A stretch of 32,000 bases of DNA from Geotalea daltonii FRC-32. Lineage in GTDB: Bacteria > Desulfobacterota > Desulfuromonadia > Geobacterales > Geobacteraceae. Below are positions 1-7,951 of the stretch, in pieces; positions within the stretch are counted from its first letter, which is position 1; every line of letters begins with the position of its first letter. The DNA lies in contig NC_011979.1 of assembly GCF_000022265.1 (NCBI RefSeq), positions 1,740,001 through 1,772,000 of the forward strand. The letters are read 5' to 3'. Both the position numbers and the translations under genes were made by a program. A model generated the notes under the pieces. That model ran no database searches. It was given only the letters and a program-made list of their open reading frames with translations, and was not told where the DNA came from.

Positions 1-3
1 CAC

Positions 4-36
4 AAGGCCCCGAAGCGATTCGGGGCCTTTTTATTT
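4..36 (+). terminator. Rho-independent terminator of an upstream off-window + strand gene
   Basis: AAGGCCCCGAA / GCGA loop / TTCGGGGCCTT forms a perfect 11-bp stem, followed by TTTATTT. Confidence 0.8.
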
Positions 37-62
37 GGTGCAATCTTATGGGAGGTACATCC

Positions 63-278
63 ATGCGTCATCTCTTTCTGGTTCTGTTGCTGATCTGTCC
101 GCTCAGCTTTGCGGGCTGCTCAGGCGATAATGGCAAGCAGCTGCTGGAAACCGCACAGTTCGAGGAAAAACAGCACAACCTGGAACATGCCAAACAGCTC
201 TACGGGGAAATAGTCAGGAAGTATCCGGGCACTGAGAGTGGCAGGCAAGCCGAAGAGCGCTTGAAAACTCTCAAATAG
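63..278 (+). CDS. Small lipoprotein (71 aa)
   Basis: GGAGG at 51-55 lies 7 nt before ATG 63. The signal peptide MRHLFLVLLLICPLSFAG-C carries a lipobox. The ORF-track start at 48 is probably too early. Confidence 0.75.
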   Translation: MRHLFLVLLLICPLSFAGCSGDNGKQLLETAQFEEKQHNLEHAKQLYGEIVRKYPGTESGRQAEERLKTLK

Positions 279-290
279 AGGGGCTGCCGG

Positions 291-598
291 ATGCCCAGCT
301 ACATCGAACCCTTACTCAGGCCTCCCAATGAAGCGGGGAGCCTCATTTTCCAGATTACCCTTGGTTGCTCCCAGAATCAGTGCACCTTTTGCGGGATGTA
401 CAAGGGAAAACCTGTCAGACTAAGTCCTAAAAAACCATTCTCCGCTCCAACCGTGTCTCCAATTTCCTCAACCTGGCTGGCAATTACCTAAAGGACCACT
501 TTCGGCCCATGGCAAAGGTGGATTCCGCCATTGCCATGGCCGCTACCATGCCGGGATACCTGAATACGCCCCCGGAGTATGCGGAAGAATACTATTGA
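291..598 (+). pseudogene. Radical SAM enzyme remnant (internal deletion plus frame change)
   Basis: The frame starting at 291 encodes MPSYIEPLLRPPNEAGSLIFQITLGCSQNQCTFCGMYKGK, a Cys triad typical of a radical SAM N-terminus, and then degenerates. A different frame (431-598) encodes ..ILRSNRCSNFLNLAGNYLKDH...PEYAEEYY*, which resembles the C-terminal SNHxSNYL region of the same kind of enzyme. The expected core between the two pieces is missing. Confidence 0.5.
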
Positions 599-628
599 AA
601 TGCAAAAGCAAATGTGCAGGAGATGACG

Positions 629-1075
629 ATGCGTATCAACGACAAACCGGGATCGCGGCAGGTCGACAAAAAAAACAAGGGTGTTGCCTCCAGAAAGGTT
701 CTTGAGTCCGGAAGTTCCCTCTTTGCCAAAAAACTTGGGCTGATTTCCAGGGATGCAGCCGACTATGCCGGGCAGCTTCAGGAACTCAAGGAAGAGATTG
801 ACCAGGCCGGAGATAGTCTGGAAAAAGAACCCACCATCGTCAACTTCAAGATCTTTCGCAGCCTCATTTCCGCCTTTGCCAAAAAAGTGACCGCAGAGGC
901 CTACCGACTGGAGATTGAAGGCAGCCCCGGCCAGCGCTGTCATGAGATTATCACCATCATAGATCGGGAGGCGGACGCCCTCTACCACCTGATCATGCAG
1001 GAGCAGAGGAACCACATCAAGATAACGGCCCAGATCATGAAGATAAAAGGAATGGTGGTGGATTTTCACCTGTGA
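629..1075 (+). CDS. DUF327 / YaaR-family protein (148 aa)
   Basis: AGGAG at 618-622 lies 6 nt before ATG 629. Size, the MRINDK start and the C-terminal ..IMKIKGMVVDFHL resemble the YaaR/DUF327 family. Confidence 0.65.
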   Translation: MRINDKPGSRQVDKKNKGVASRKVLESGSSLFAKKLGLISRDAADYAGQLQELKEEIDQAGDSLEKEPTIVNFKIFRSLISAFAKKVTAEAYRLEIEGSPGQRCHEIITIIDREADALYHLIMQEQRNHIKITAQIMKIKGMVVDFHL

Positions 1076-1106
1076 GACTCGGCAATGATCCATAATTGCA
1101 GTCTTA

Positions 1107-1136
1107 TTGCTTGAAAAAAGTTGCTTGCAGTATTAT
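1107..1136 (+). promoter_or_regulatory. Putative sigma-70 promoter for the BNR-repeat gene
   Basis: TTGCTT (1107-1112), 18 nt spacer, TATTAT (1131-1136), about 50 nt upstream of ATG 1188. Confidence 0.4.
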
Positions 1137-1187
1137 TGTCATTCATTGTTAAGGGGCTTTAAAAATAGAGCTGGCGGGAGGGGCTTC

Positions 1188-3896
1188 ATGAAACTGTTGA
1201 GGGAAAAGTTTTCCATCTTGGGTTTTCTGGCTTTCTTTTGTTTCTGCAGCATATGGCATTTCCCAAGTGTGGCATTTGCCGCCACCGGCCAGTGGACCGG
1301 CCTCGGCCCCTGGGGTGGGGATGTGGAATGCCTGCTGGCAATTTCTCCTTCCATCCTCTATGCCGGAACCCAGAACGGCGGTGTCTTTAAAAGCAGTGAT
1401 GGTGGCGCCCATTGGGTCGCCGTCAACAATGGCCTTGGCAATCCCACCGTCTTCGCCCTGGCGGCCGATCCTGCAGCCCCCGCCAATCTTTATGCAGCAA
1501 CCTATGGAAACGGAATTTACAAGAGCCTTGACGCGGGCAGCAGCTGGAGCCGACTTGCTGCCTCCCCTGCCTTTGTTTATGCCCTTGCGGTAGATCCTGC
1601 AGACAGCAGTACTCTCTATGCCGGCACCGACGGCGGCGGGGTTTACAAAAGCACCGATGGCGGTGCCACCTGGAATGGAGCAAATGCAGGTATTCCCACG
1701 GCTCAGGTCAACGCTCTCGTCGTCGATCCCCGCTTGACCACAACAGTGTATGTAGCCACCGCAAACGGGATTTTCAGGAGCCCCGATGGGGGAGCCAACT
1801 GGAGCCTGGTTGCCGATACGGGCTGGACACGGGATATTGCCATTTCCTCCGTGACACCAGCCACGCTTTATGCGGCAACAGGTGCCGGAATCTTCAGGAG
1901 CAACGACGGCACCACCTGGACCTCCGCCGGACTCTCCGGCAGTTCCGCTTATGCCTTGGCCATAAATCCTGCCGACCCGGCAAAGGTTTTCGCCGGGACC
2001 ACCGCCGGAATATTCGGCAGCGCCGATTCAGGTGACAACTGGACCCTCGTTGCCAATGGCCTTACCAATGGCAATGTCCAGACGATAATATTCGACCCCA
2101 GTGACACAACCAATAGCTCGCTCTTTGCCGGCACCTGGGGTGGAGGGGTCTTTAAAACCAGTAATTCGGGTAACGACTGGCAGAGTGCCAATCTGGGCTT
2201 GGGCAATACCTTTGTCCAAGCGGTTGTCACCGATCCCAGCGCACCTGCAACAGTTTATGCAGGTTCCATCGACGGAATTCATATAAGCACCGATGGCGGC
2301 GCAACCTGGTTATCAAGTTCAAGTGGGCTGGGTAATAGGGATGTGGAGGCGTTGTTGGTGAATCCCATGTCTCCCACCCAGCTTTATGCCGGTACCTGGG
2401 GCAGCGGCGTCTACAAAAGCGCCGACGGCGGTGCAAGCTGGATGGCTGCCAATACCGGGATATCTTCTGCTCTGGTTCATGCGGTGGCCATGGATGCGGC
2501 TAATCCGCAGGTGGTCTATGCAGGCACCAACAGTGGGATCTTCATCAGCAGCGGCGGGAGCGCCTGGAACCTGTGCAGCAATGGAATTCCTGCAGACACC
2601 GAGGTCTGGTCCGTGCTGACTGCAGCCAACTCGGTTGTCTATGCCGGAACAGGGACAGGTTTTTACCGGAGCAGCAATGGAGGGGTTGAGTGGATCCAGA
2701 GCAATACCGGGCTAGCCCCCTGTGGTGTAGTCTACGGGCTGGCTGCCGATCCGACTGCTGACAGCACCCTTTATGCGGCCACCTGTGGCGGTGTATATAA
2801 AAGCACCAATGGCGGTGTCAACTGGACTTCGGCCAGTAGCGGCATTGGCGAGATTAACGTCTACAACCTGACATTTACCGGTACTGCTCCCGTCATAATT
2901 TACGCAGGTACAGACAGCGGCGTCTTTGTAAGCAGAGACGCCGCTGCAACATGGAACACCTTGAACACAGGGCTGACCAATGGGGACATTTATGCCGTTG
3001 CCGTTGCCGGGACATCTCCGGCCACCATATATGCGGGGACCTGGGGGGGCGGTGTTTTCTCCCTGACCAGCACCCAGGACATCTGCGTTTCTCCCCCCGC
3101 CCTGGATCTGGGATACCGCGTGGCATCGGGAAACTCGGCTTCACAAACAGTGACTATCAGTAACGGCGGAGCATCTGACCTTGTTATTGGTTCCCTTGCC
3201 ATCACAGGCGCTGGCGCCGCGGCATTCAGCGTCACTCCCGGTACCTGTTCCAGCCTCACCCCGACCATCCTCCCCGGCGGCAGTTGCACTCTAAATCTGA
3301 TTTTTGCGCCTCCTTCCGGTGGACCTTACGCAGCAAATCTGGAATTGGCATCCAACTCCGGGAATACGCCCATTGTAAATGTCGGCCTCAATGGTATAGG
3401 CGCTTTTTCACTCTCCGTCTTTCTCGGCGGTACCGGTAGCGGAGGAGTATCTGTGTCAGCAGAACCTCCAGTTGATGCAGGCTTGGTTTGCAGCCCCGCT
3501 TCCATATACTGTGGTGCTTTTGAAAGAGGCAGCTCAATCATTTTAACTCCATCTGCCGACAGCACTTCCTACTTTTCCGGCTGGAGCGGCTGCCCCATGA
3601 CCATGGGCGATTCCTGCTTCATAACAATGAACAATGCAGTTAACGCCACGGCAAGTTTTATCCGTGTGACGTCACTGCAGGCCATAATTGATGCTGCCCT
3701 TGGCGATGACATCATCAAGCTTCCCATCACAACATACGTGGAAAATGTGGTCATGAACCAAGCGGGAAAAAGCCTGACTTTGAGTGGCGGGTGGTCTGAC
3801 TATTCATTTCTAAGCCAGACCGGATTTACTAACATCCAGGGTTCGTTGACCATCGCCAATGGGACATTGATTCTGGAAAATTTCCAGATCATCTAG
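1188..3896 (+). CDS. Secreted BNR/Asp-box repeat beta-propeller protein with a C-terminal choice-of-anchor-D-like Ig domain
   Basis: GGCGGGAGGGG lies before ATG 1188. The signal peptide is MKLLREKFSILGFLAFFCFCSIWHFPSVAFA-A. Thirteen S-x-D-G-G-x-x-W type repeats occur at about 48-aa periodicity (LYAGT..GGV[FY]KS.DGG..W). They are followed by VSPPALDLGY..VTISNGGASDLVIGSL..PGGSCTLNLIFAP and a GWSGC-containing domain. The ORF-track TTG start at 1107 is unlikely. Confidence 0.85.
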   Translation: MKLLREKFSILGFLAFFCFCSIWHFPSVAFAATGQWTGLGPWGGDVECLLAISPSILYAGTQNGGVFKSSDGGAHWVAVNNGLGNPTVFALAADPAAPANLYAATYGNGIYKSLDAGSSWSRLAASPAFVYALAVDPADSSTLYAGTDGGGVYKSTDGGATWNGANAGIPTAQVNALVVDPRLTTTVYVATANGIFRSPDGGANWSLVADTGWTRDIAISSVTPATLYAATGAGIFRSNDGTTWTSAGLSGSSAYALAINPADPAKVFAGTTAGIFGSADSGDNWTLVANGLTNGNVQTIIFDPSDTTNSSLFAGTWGGGVFKTSNSGNDWQSANLGLGNTFVQAVVTDPSAPATVYAGSIDGIHISTDGGATWLSSSSGLGNRDVEALLVNPMSPTQLYAGTWGSGVYKSADGGASWMAANTGISSALVHAVAMDAANPQVVYAGTNSGIFISSGGSAWNLCSNGIPADTEVWSVLTAANSVVYAGTGTGFYRSSNGGVEWIQSNTGLAPCGVVYGLAADPTADSTLYAATCGGVYKSTNGGVNWTSASSGIGEINVYNLTFTGTAPVIIYAGTDSGVFVSRDAAATWNTLNTGLTNGDIYAVAVAGTSPATIYAGTWGGGVFSLTSTQDICVSPPALDLGYRVASGNSASQTVTISNGGASDLVIGSLAITGAGAAAFSVTPGTCSSLTPTILPGGSCTLNLIFAPPSGGPYAANLELASNSGNTPIVNVGLNGIGAFSLSVFLGGTGSGGVSVSAEPPVDAGLVCSPASIYCGAFERGSSIILTPSADSTSYFSGWSGCPMTMGDSCFITMNNAVNATASFIRVTSLQAIIDAALGDDIIKLPITTYVENVVMNQAGKSLTLSGGWSDYSFLSQTGFTNIQGSLTIANGTLILENFQII

Positions 3897-4059
3897 GAGT
3901 CTGTCGGACTTAGGGATCGAAAGCGAGAGAATGGAAAATCGAGGACGGATATTTGGAAATTTGAGAGCGAATAGTGGACCTGTTTGTCGAAATTTACGGA
4001 GATCCGGACCGATTTGCCATTTTCGCAGCCGATTCATTCTAAGTCCCACAGACTCCTAG
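3893..4059. mobile_element. MITE-like palindromic element E1 (167 bp including flanking CTAG)
   Basis: 17-bp terminal inverted repeats GAGTCTGTCGGACTTAG (3897-3913) and CTAAGTCCCACAGACTC (4039-4055) match at 16 of 17 positions. Both are flanked by CTAG (3893-3896 and 4056-4059). The arms remain complementary for about 75 nt inward. Confidence 0.7.
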
Positions 4060-4065
4060 CGCAAC

Positions 4066-4100
4066 AAAAAAGGCCTGCTTTCCCGAAGGAAGCAGGCCCT
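4066..4100 (-). terminator. Rho-independent terminator (minus strand, weakly bidirectional)
   Basis: GGCCTGCTT (4072-4080) pairs with AAGCAGGCC (4090-4098). On the minus strand the stem is followed by TTTTTTG. It lies 16 nt after the TGA at 4116-4118. Confidence 0.75.
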
Positions 4101-4115
4101 GTCATTTTTGAAGCT

Positions 4116-4259
4116 TCAATTGCACCCGCAGCTACCGGCATCGCTGCCGCCGACCGACTGTTTCCTGCCGCACTTCTGGCACCGCCAGAAGAGGCCACCT
4201 CAGCCGGGAAGCAGGATCATCTCAGCCTGACATTCCGGACAGATCTTTTTCGAATCCAT
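4116..4259 (-). CDS. Small zinc-ribbon ORF interrupted by an in-frame TGA (47 codons if read through, 19 aa if not)
   Basis: GGAGG at 4265-4269 lies 5 nt before ATG 4259. The product reads MDSKKICPECQAEMILLPG-TGA-GGLFWRCQKCGRKQSVGGSDAGSCGCN*. The two CxxC pairs lie on either side of the TGA at 4200-4202, and a terminator follows the second stop. The ORF is absent from the ORF track. Confidence 0.35.
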
Positions 4260-4288
4260 GGTCACCTCCACATTTTTATCTTAATGAG

Positions 4289-4318
4289 AAGGTAACGTTT
4301 TGCCGCCTGAAATGTCAA
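4289..4318 (-). promoter_or_regulatory. Putative sigma-70 promoter for the small zinc-ribbon ORF
   Basis: On the minus strand: TTGACA (4318-4313), 18 nt spacer, TACCTT (4294-4289). Confidence 0.35.
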
Positions 4319-4343
4319 GTATGCAAGAATTATAATAATATGA

Positions 4344-5000
4344 TTATGCGACTTTTAATTGCAGTTGTCCGACCCCGGGAATCTCTGCTTCGATGCTGTC
4401 TCCTGACTTGATTGGTCCGACTCCGGCCGGGGTCCCGGTGAGAATGACGTCGCCGGCCTCAAGGGTGAAAATGCCGGACATATAGCTGATCATGGCCGCC
4501 ACGGAATGGATCATCAGGGAAGTATTGCCGTCCTGCCTGAGCTGGCCGTTGACGGAGAGCCTGATCTGCAGATTCTGGGGATCGGCCACAGTTGCAGCAG
4601 CCACGAAGCCCGAAAGGGGACAGGCCGTGTCGAAGCCCTTGGCAATATCCCACGGCAGGCCTTTCTTTTTCAGTTCTGCCTGCACATCCCGCAGGGTCAG
4701 GTCGATGGCCATCCCATATCCGGCAATGTGCTCCAGTGCCTTTGCTGCAGGAATGTCTTTGCCCGGTTTCCCGATAAGTATGGCCAACTCCGCCTCATGG
4801 TGGCAATCGCTGGAATGGATGGGGATAATGATCGGCTCACCCTGAAAAATGACGGAAGTGGCAGGCTTCATGAAGACGACAGGTGCCTGTGGCATCTCAT
4901 TGCTCAATTCTTTGATATGATCCACGTAATTGCGGGCGATGCACAGGATCTTGCCTATCTGGAATTCTTTGTCCGTGCCGCTTATGGTGATAGTCTTCAT
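4344..5000 (-). CDS. Fumarylacetoacetate hydrolase (FAH) family protein
   Basis: 218 aa. KILCIARNYVDHIKE...VFMKP...HHEAELA...GTPAGVG matches the FAH / 2-keto-4-pentenoate hydratase fold. Confidence 0.9.
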   Translation of the reverse strand: MKTITISGTDKEFQIGKILCIARNYVDHIKELSNEMPQAPVVFMKPATSVIFQGEPIIIPIHSSDCHHEAELAILIGKPGKDIPAAKALEHIAGYGMAIDLTLRDVQAELKKKGLPWDIAKGFDTACPLSGFVAAATVADPQNLQIRLSVNGQLRQDGNTSLMIHSVAAMISYMSGIFTLEAGDVILTGTPAGVGPIKSGDSIEAEIPGVGQLQLKVA

Positions 5001-5095
5001 TGTCTACCTCGCAAGAATAAAAGTTCCGACGGCTGGCCCAGAGCCCTTTTACCTCGCTGGGCAGTGATTGGTCGTCATGGAAAGCCCGCCTCCTA

Positions 5096-6055
5096 TCAGA
5101 GGTTGCTGACGTTCCGTCCGCCTTCTGCCAGCCTGCATCCCTGCCAAGTGCCGCGTCTCTTGAGTTCGTTCACCACCGAATACCACATCTGGTTGTTTTT
5201 AAGGCCCCAGGTGGGAGCAACGCGAATGGCCAGTGGGGCGGAGCCGTAGAGCCGCTGGATGGTAACGGACGGGGGGGTGAGCTCCAGGAAGTCACAGAGG
5301 TCTGCCACATACTGCTGATGTGTCAGTGGAACAAAACGGCCGTCATAATACCACTCCGCCAGCCGGGTATCTTTCACGGCATGCAACTGGTGGATCTTCA
5401 GGGAGTTGACCGGCAGCGACGAGATCAGCTGTGCTGTTCTGATAAAGTCGGCGGAGGACTCGCCGGGGAAGCCGTGGATGAGGTGGGTGCAGATGTCCAT
5501 GCCCCTGCCGGAAACCCTTTCTACGGCCTGTAAATAGTCGGCAAGGGTATGGCCGCGATTAATCTGCGTCAGTATACTGTCATCCATTGACTGCAGGCCC
5601 AGTTCCAGGCAGACATAGCTGGTTCGGGCCAGGTCGGTCAAAAGATCGATAGCCGGATCACTGAGGGCATCGGGCCTGGTACCGATGGAAATGCCTACCA
5701 CATCGGGATGGGCCAGGGCGCGGCTGTACAGGTCATGTAGTTTTTCCACAGGACCATAGGTGTTGGTGAATTTCTGAAAGTAGATGATGAATTTTTCGCT
5801 GCCCAGTCTCTTTCTATGGTAGGCCATTCCCTCTGCCATCTGGATTTCAACAGGGATTGCCGCCACGGTCCCCCCGGGTGAAAAGGAACTGTTGTCGCAG
5901 TATATGCAGCCGCCCGTGCCACGCACCCCATCCCGGTTGGGGCAGGTGAACCCGCCATCCACGTTGACCTTGCTGATACGACAACCGAAACGCCGTCGCA
6001 GGTATGATCCATAGGAGTTTATATGCAGATCGGGATGTATGGAGGTGCTGATCAT
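5096..6055 (-). CDS. TIGR01212 (YhcC-like) radical SAM protein
   Basis: The N-terminus reads LRRRFGCRISKVNVDGGFTCPNRDG..GGCIYC, as in YhcC. Its start overlaps the thiE stop by 4 nt. Confidence 0.9.
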   Translation of the reverse strand: MISTSIHPDLHINSYGSYLRRRFGCRISKVNVDGGFTCPNRDGVRGTGGCIYCDNSSFSPGGTVAAIPVEIQMAEGMAYHRKRLGSEKFIIYFQKFTNTYGPVEKLHDLYSRALAHPDVVGISIGTRPDALSDPAIDLLTDLARTSYVCLELGLQSMDDSILTQINRGHTLADYLQAVERVSGRGMDICTHLIHGFPGESSADFIRTAQLISSLPVNSLKIHQLHAVKDTRLAEWYYDGRFVPLTHQQYVADLCDFLELTPPSVTIQRLYGSAPLAIRVAPTWGLKNNQMWYSVVNELKRRGTWQGCRLAEGGRNVSNL

Positions 6056-6711
6056 GTTTCTAGGTCGGATTCCGGAGCAGGAAGAAGGGATAGTAGGGTT
6101 CTGGCAGCCAGGCGTGGTTCCTCTGCCGACAGGATGGCGGAAACAATACCGATACCGTGGGGGGCTGCGGCCATCACTTCCGCAACATTGTCAGTCTTGA
6201 TACCGCCAAGGGCGAAAATCGGTATCTGTACGATATTGGTGGCTTCCTGCAGTCTTTTTAGACCCACCGGGTCACCATAAAGAGCTTTTGAAGGGGTGTT
6301 GTAAATGGGGCCGAAGGTGATGAAATCAGCGCCTTTTTCCTGGGCGATGATGGCCTGAACCTGATTGTGGCAGGAGACGCCGATCAGTTTCTTTTCCCCG
6401 AGGACCATCCTGGCCCGGTAGATGGGCATACTGTTGTATCCCAGATGAACTCCGTCCGCATCCACTGCCAGGGCAATGTCGATACGGTCGTTGATGATGA
6501 GCCTTGCGTTGTGGCGAGTCGTCAGCTTGCGCATCTCATAGGCAAGCTCATACAGTTCCTTGCTGGACAGATCCTTTTCCCGCAGCTGGATGGCACGGAC
6601 GCCTCCCCGGAGTGCGTCCTCAACCACGAATTCCAGGTTCCGGCCACCGGTCTGCTTGCGGTCTGTGATCAGATAGAGATCGAAATCTATCCAGGGAGAA
6701 GAGGATCTCAC
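6052..6711 (-). CDS. thiE: Thiamine-phosphate synthase
   Basis: DLYLITDR...[12 protein letters not shown]...[10 protein letters not shown]...IPIFALGGI. The start overlaps the thiG stop by 4 nt. Confidence 0.9.
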   Translation of the reverse strand: MRSSSPWIDFDLYLITDRKQTGGRNLEFVVEDALRGGVRAIQLREKDLSSKELYELAYEMRKLTTRHNARLIINDRIDIALAVDADGVHLGYNSMPIYRARMVLGEKKLIGVSCHNQVQAIIAQEKGADFITFGPIYNTPSKALYGDPVGLKRLQEATNIVQIPIFALGGIKTDNVAEVMAAAPHGIGIVSAILSAEEPRLAARTLLSLLPAPESDLET

Positions 6712-7487
6712 TCAATTATTCCTTCAATGGGGCTGGAGGCGGTCGCATAGAGTTTTTTCGGGATCCTGCCGGCCCTGTAGGCGAGGCGTCCGGCGCGAAC
6801 GGCAAGGTTCATAGCTTCAGCCATGGCGATGGGGTCTTTGGCTCCGGCAATGCCGGTGTTCATCAGAACGCCATCACAGCCCAACTCCATGGCAATGGCG
6901 GCATCGGAAGCGGTGCCTACACCAGCATCGACAATTACCGGCACTTTGACTGTCTCCATGATGATGCGAATATTATACGGGTTCCTGATGCCGAGGCCGC
7001 TGCCTATCGGCGCACCCAGGGGCATGACCGCTGCACAGCCGATGTCTTCCAGCTTCTTGCAGAAGATGGGATCGTCGGTTGTGTAGGGGAGGACGGTGAA
7101 TCCCTCCTTGATCAGGACTTTTGCTGCCTTGAGCAACTCTTCGTTGTCAGGAAAGAGGGTCTTCTCATCCCCCAGCACCTCAAGCTTGACGAAATCCGAG
7201 AGTCCGGCTTCCCGTGCCAGCCTGCATGTGCGGATGGCGTCTTCGGCGGTATAGCAGCCGGCGGTATTGGGCAACAGGGTATATTTGCCGGTATCGATGT
7301 GGTCCAGGAGCGATTCCTTGCTCCTGTCGGAGATATTCACCCGGCGCACGGCGACGGTGATGATTTCGGCGCCCGATACCTCAATGGCCTTGATCATCTG
7401 CTGGAAATTTGCGTATTTGCCGGTACCTACCATCAGGCGGGAATTGAACTCCCGGCCGGCTATTATCAGTTTATCGGAACTTGACAT
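6708..7487 (-). CDS. thiG: Thiazole synthase
   Basis: [19 protein letters not shown]...LPNTAGC...[20 protein letters not shown] Shine-Dalgarno upstream. Confidence 0.95.
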   Translation of the reverse strand: MSSSDKLIIAGREFNSRLMVGTGKYANFQQMIKAIEVSGAEIITVAVRRVNISDRSKESLLDHIDTGKYTLLPNTAGCYTAEDAIRTCRLAREAGLSDFVKLEVLGDEKTLFPDNEELLKAAKVLIKEGFTVLPYTTDDPIFCKKLEDIGCAAVMPLGAPIGSGLGIRNPYNIRIIMETVKVPVIVDAGVGTASDAAIAMELGCDGVLMNTGIAGAKDPIAMAEAMNLAVRAGRLAYRAGRIPKKLYATASSPIEGIIE

Positions 7488-7506
7488 TGGTTTGTCTCCT
7501 GGGTGA

Positions 7507-7655
7507 TTAGCAGGTTGTTTAAAAACTGTTGCGTGGCCGATCTGCTGCGTTATCGCTCGCTCAAAACCTCAACGTACAGTGGGTACGCTTCGGCTTTTCG
7601 CTCGCTTAAGCCTTGCATTTCGGCCTACTCTCGACGTTTTTCAACAACCTGTTAG
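7507..7655. mobile_element. MITE-like palindromic element E2 inserted between thiS and thiG
   Basis: TIRs CAGGTTGTTTAAAAAC (7511-7526) and GTTTTTCAACAACCTG (7636-7651) match at 15 of 16 positions. They are flanked by a direct TTAG repeat (7507-7510 and 7652-7655). The interior is a long imperfect hairpin centred on GTAC-CCACT-GTAC (minus strand). Confidence 0.75.
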
Positions 7656-7667
7656 GGAATGATTGCG

Positions 7668-7868
7668 TTAACGGCCTCCGCCGACGAAATGAACGATCTC
7701 CATCTGGTCGCCATCCTTCAGCATGGTCGTGCCATAGTCGGCTTTGGGCAGGATATCGAGGTTCAGTTCAACGGCGACCCGTTTCGGATCGATTTCTATC
7801 TTTTGCAGAAAGGAGAGGACTGACATCGCGTCGATGGCTGTTTTTTCTCCATTTACGGTTATTTCCAT
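7668..7868 (-). CDS. thiS: Sulfur-carrier protein ThiS (66 aa)
   Basis: MEITVNGE...DGDQMEIVHFVGGGR*. The gene sits at the head of the thiG-thiE operon. Confidence 0.85.
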   Translation of the reverse strand: MEITVNGEKTAIDAMSVLSFLQKIEIDPKRVAVELNLDILPKADYGTTMLKDGDQMEIVHFVGGGR

Positions 7869-7899
7869 GATGACTCCATCCGATTAAACCAGCTGAGAA

Positions 7900-7928
7900 G
7901 GAAACAATAAAAGCCGCTGATGCGGCTT
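7900..7928 (-). terminator. Terminator-like hairpin in the thiS leader
   Basis: Minus strand: AAGCCGC-ATCA-GCGGCTT followed by TTATTGTTT. It lies between the predicted promoter and ATG 7868. Confidence 0.5.
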
Positions 7929-7951
7929 GTGGTTGCGATGACGCCTGGGGT

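Noticed and set aside
488-1093. 201-aa minus-strand ORF
   Set aside because: It is entirely antisense to the DUF327 gene and the radical SAM remnant. It has no Shine-Dalgarno sequence, and its composition is low-complexity and mirror-like.
3984-4295. 103-aa plus-strand ORF
   Set aside because: It runs through the MITE arm, the terminator hairpin and the antisense of the small zinc-ribbon ORF. It has no ribosome-binding site.
4506-5249. 247-aa plus-strand ORF
   Set aside because: It is antisense to the well-supported FAH and TIGR01212 genes. This is the typical shadow ORF seen in GC-biased coding DNA.
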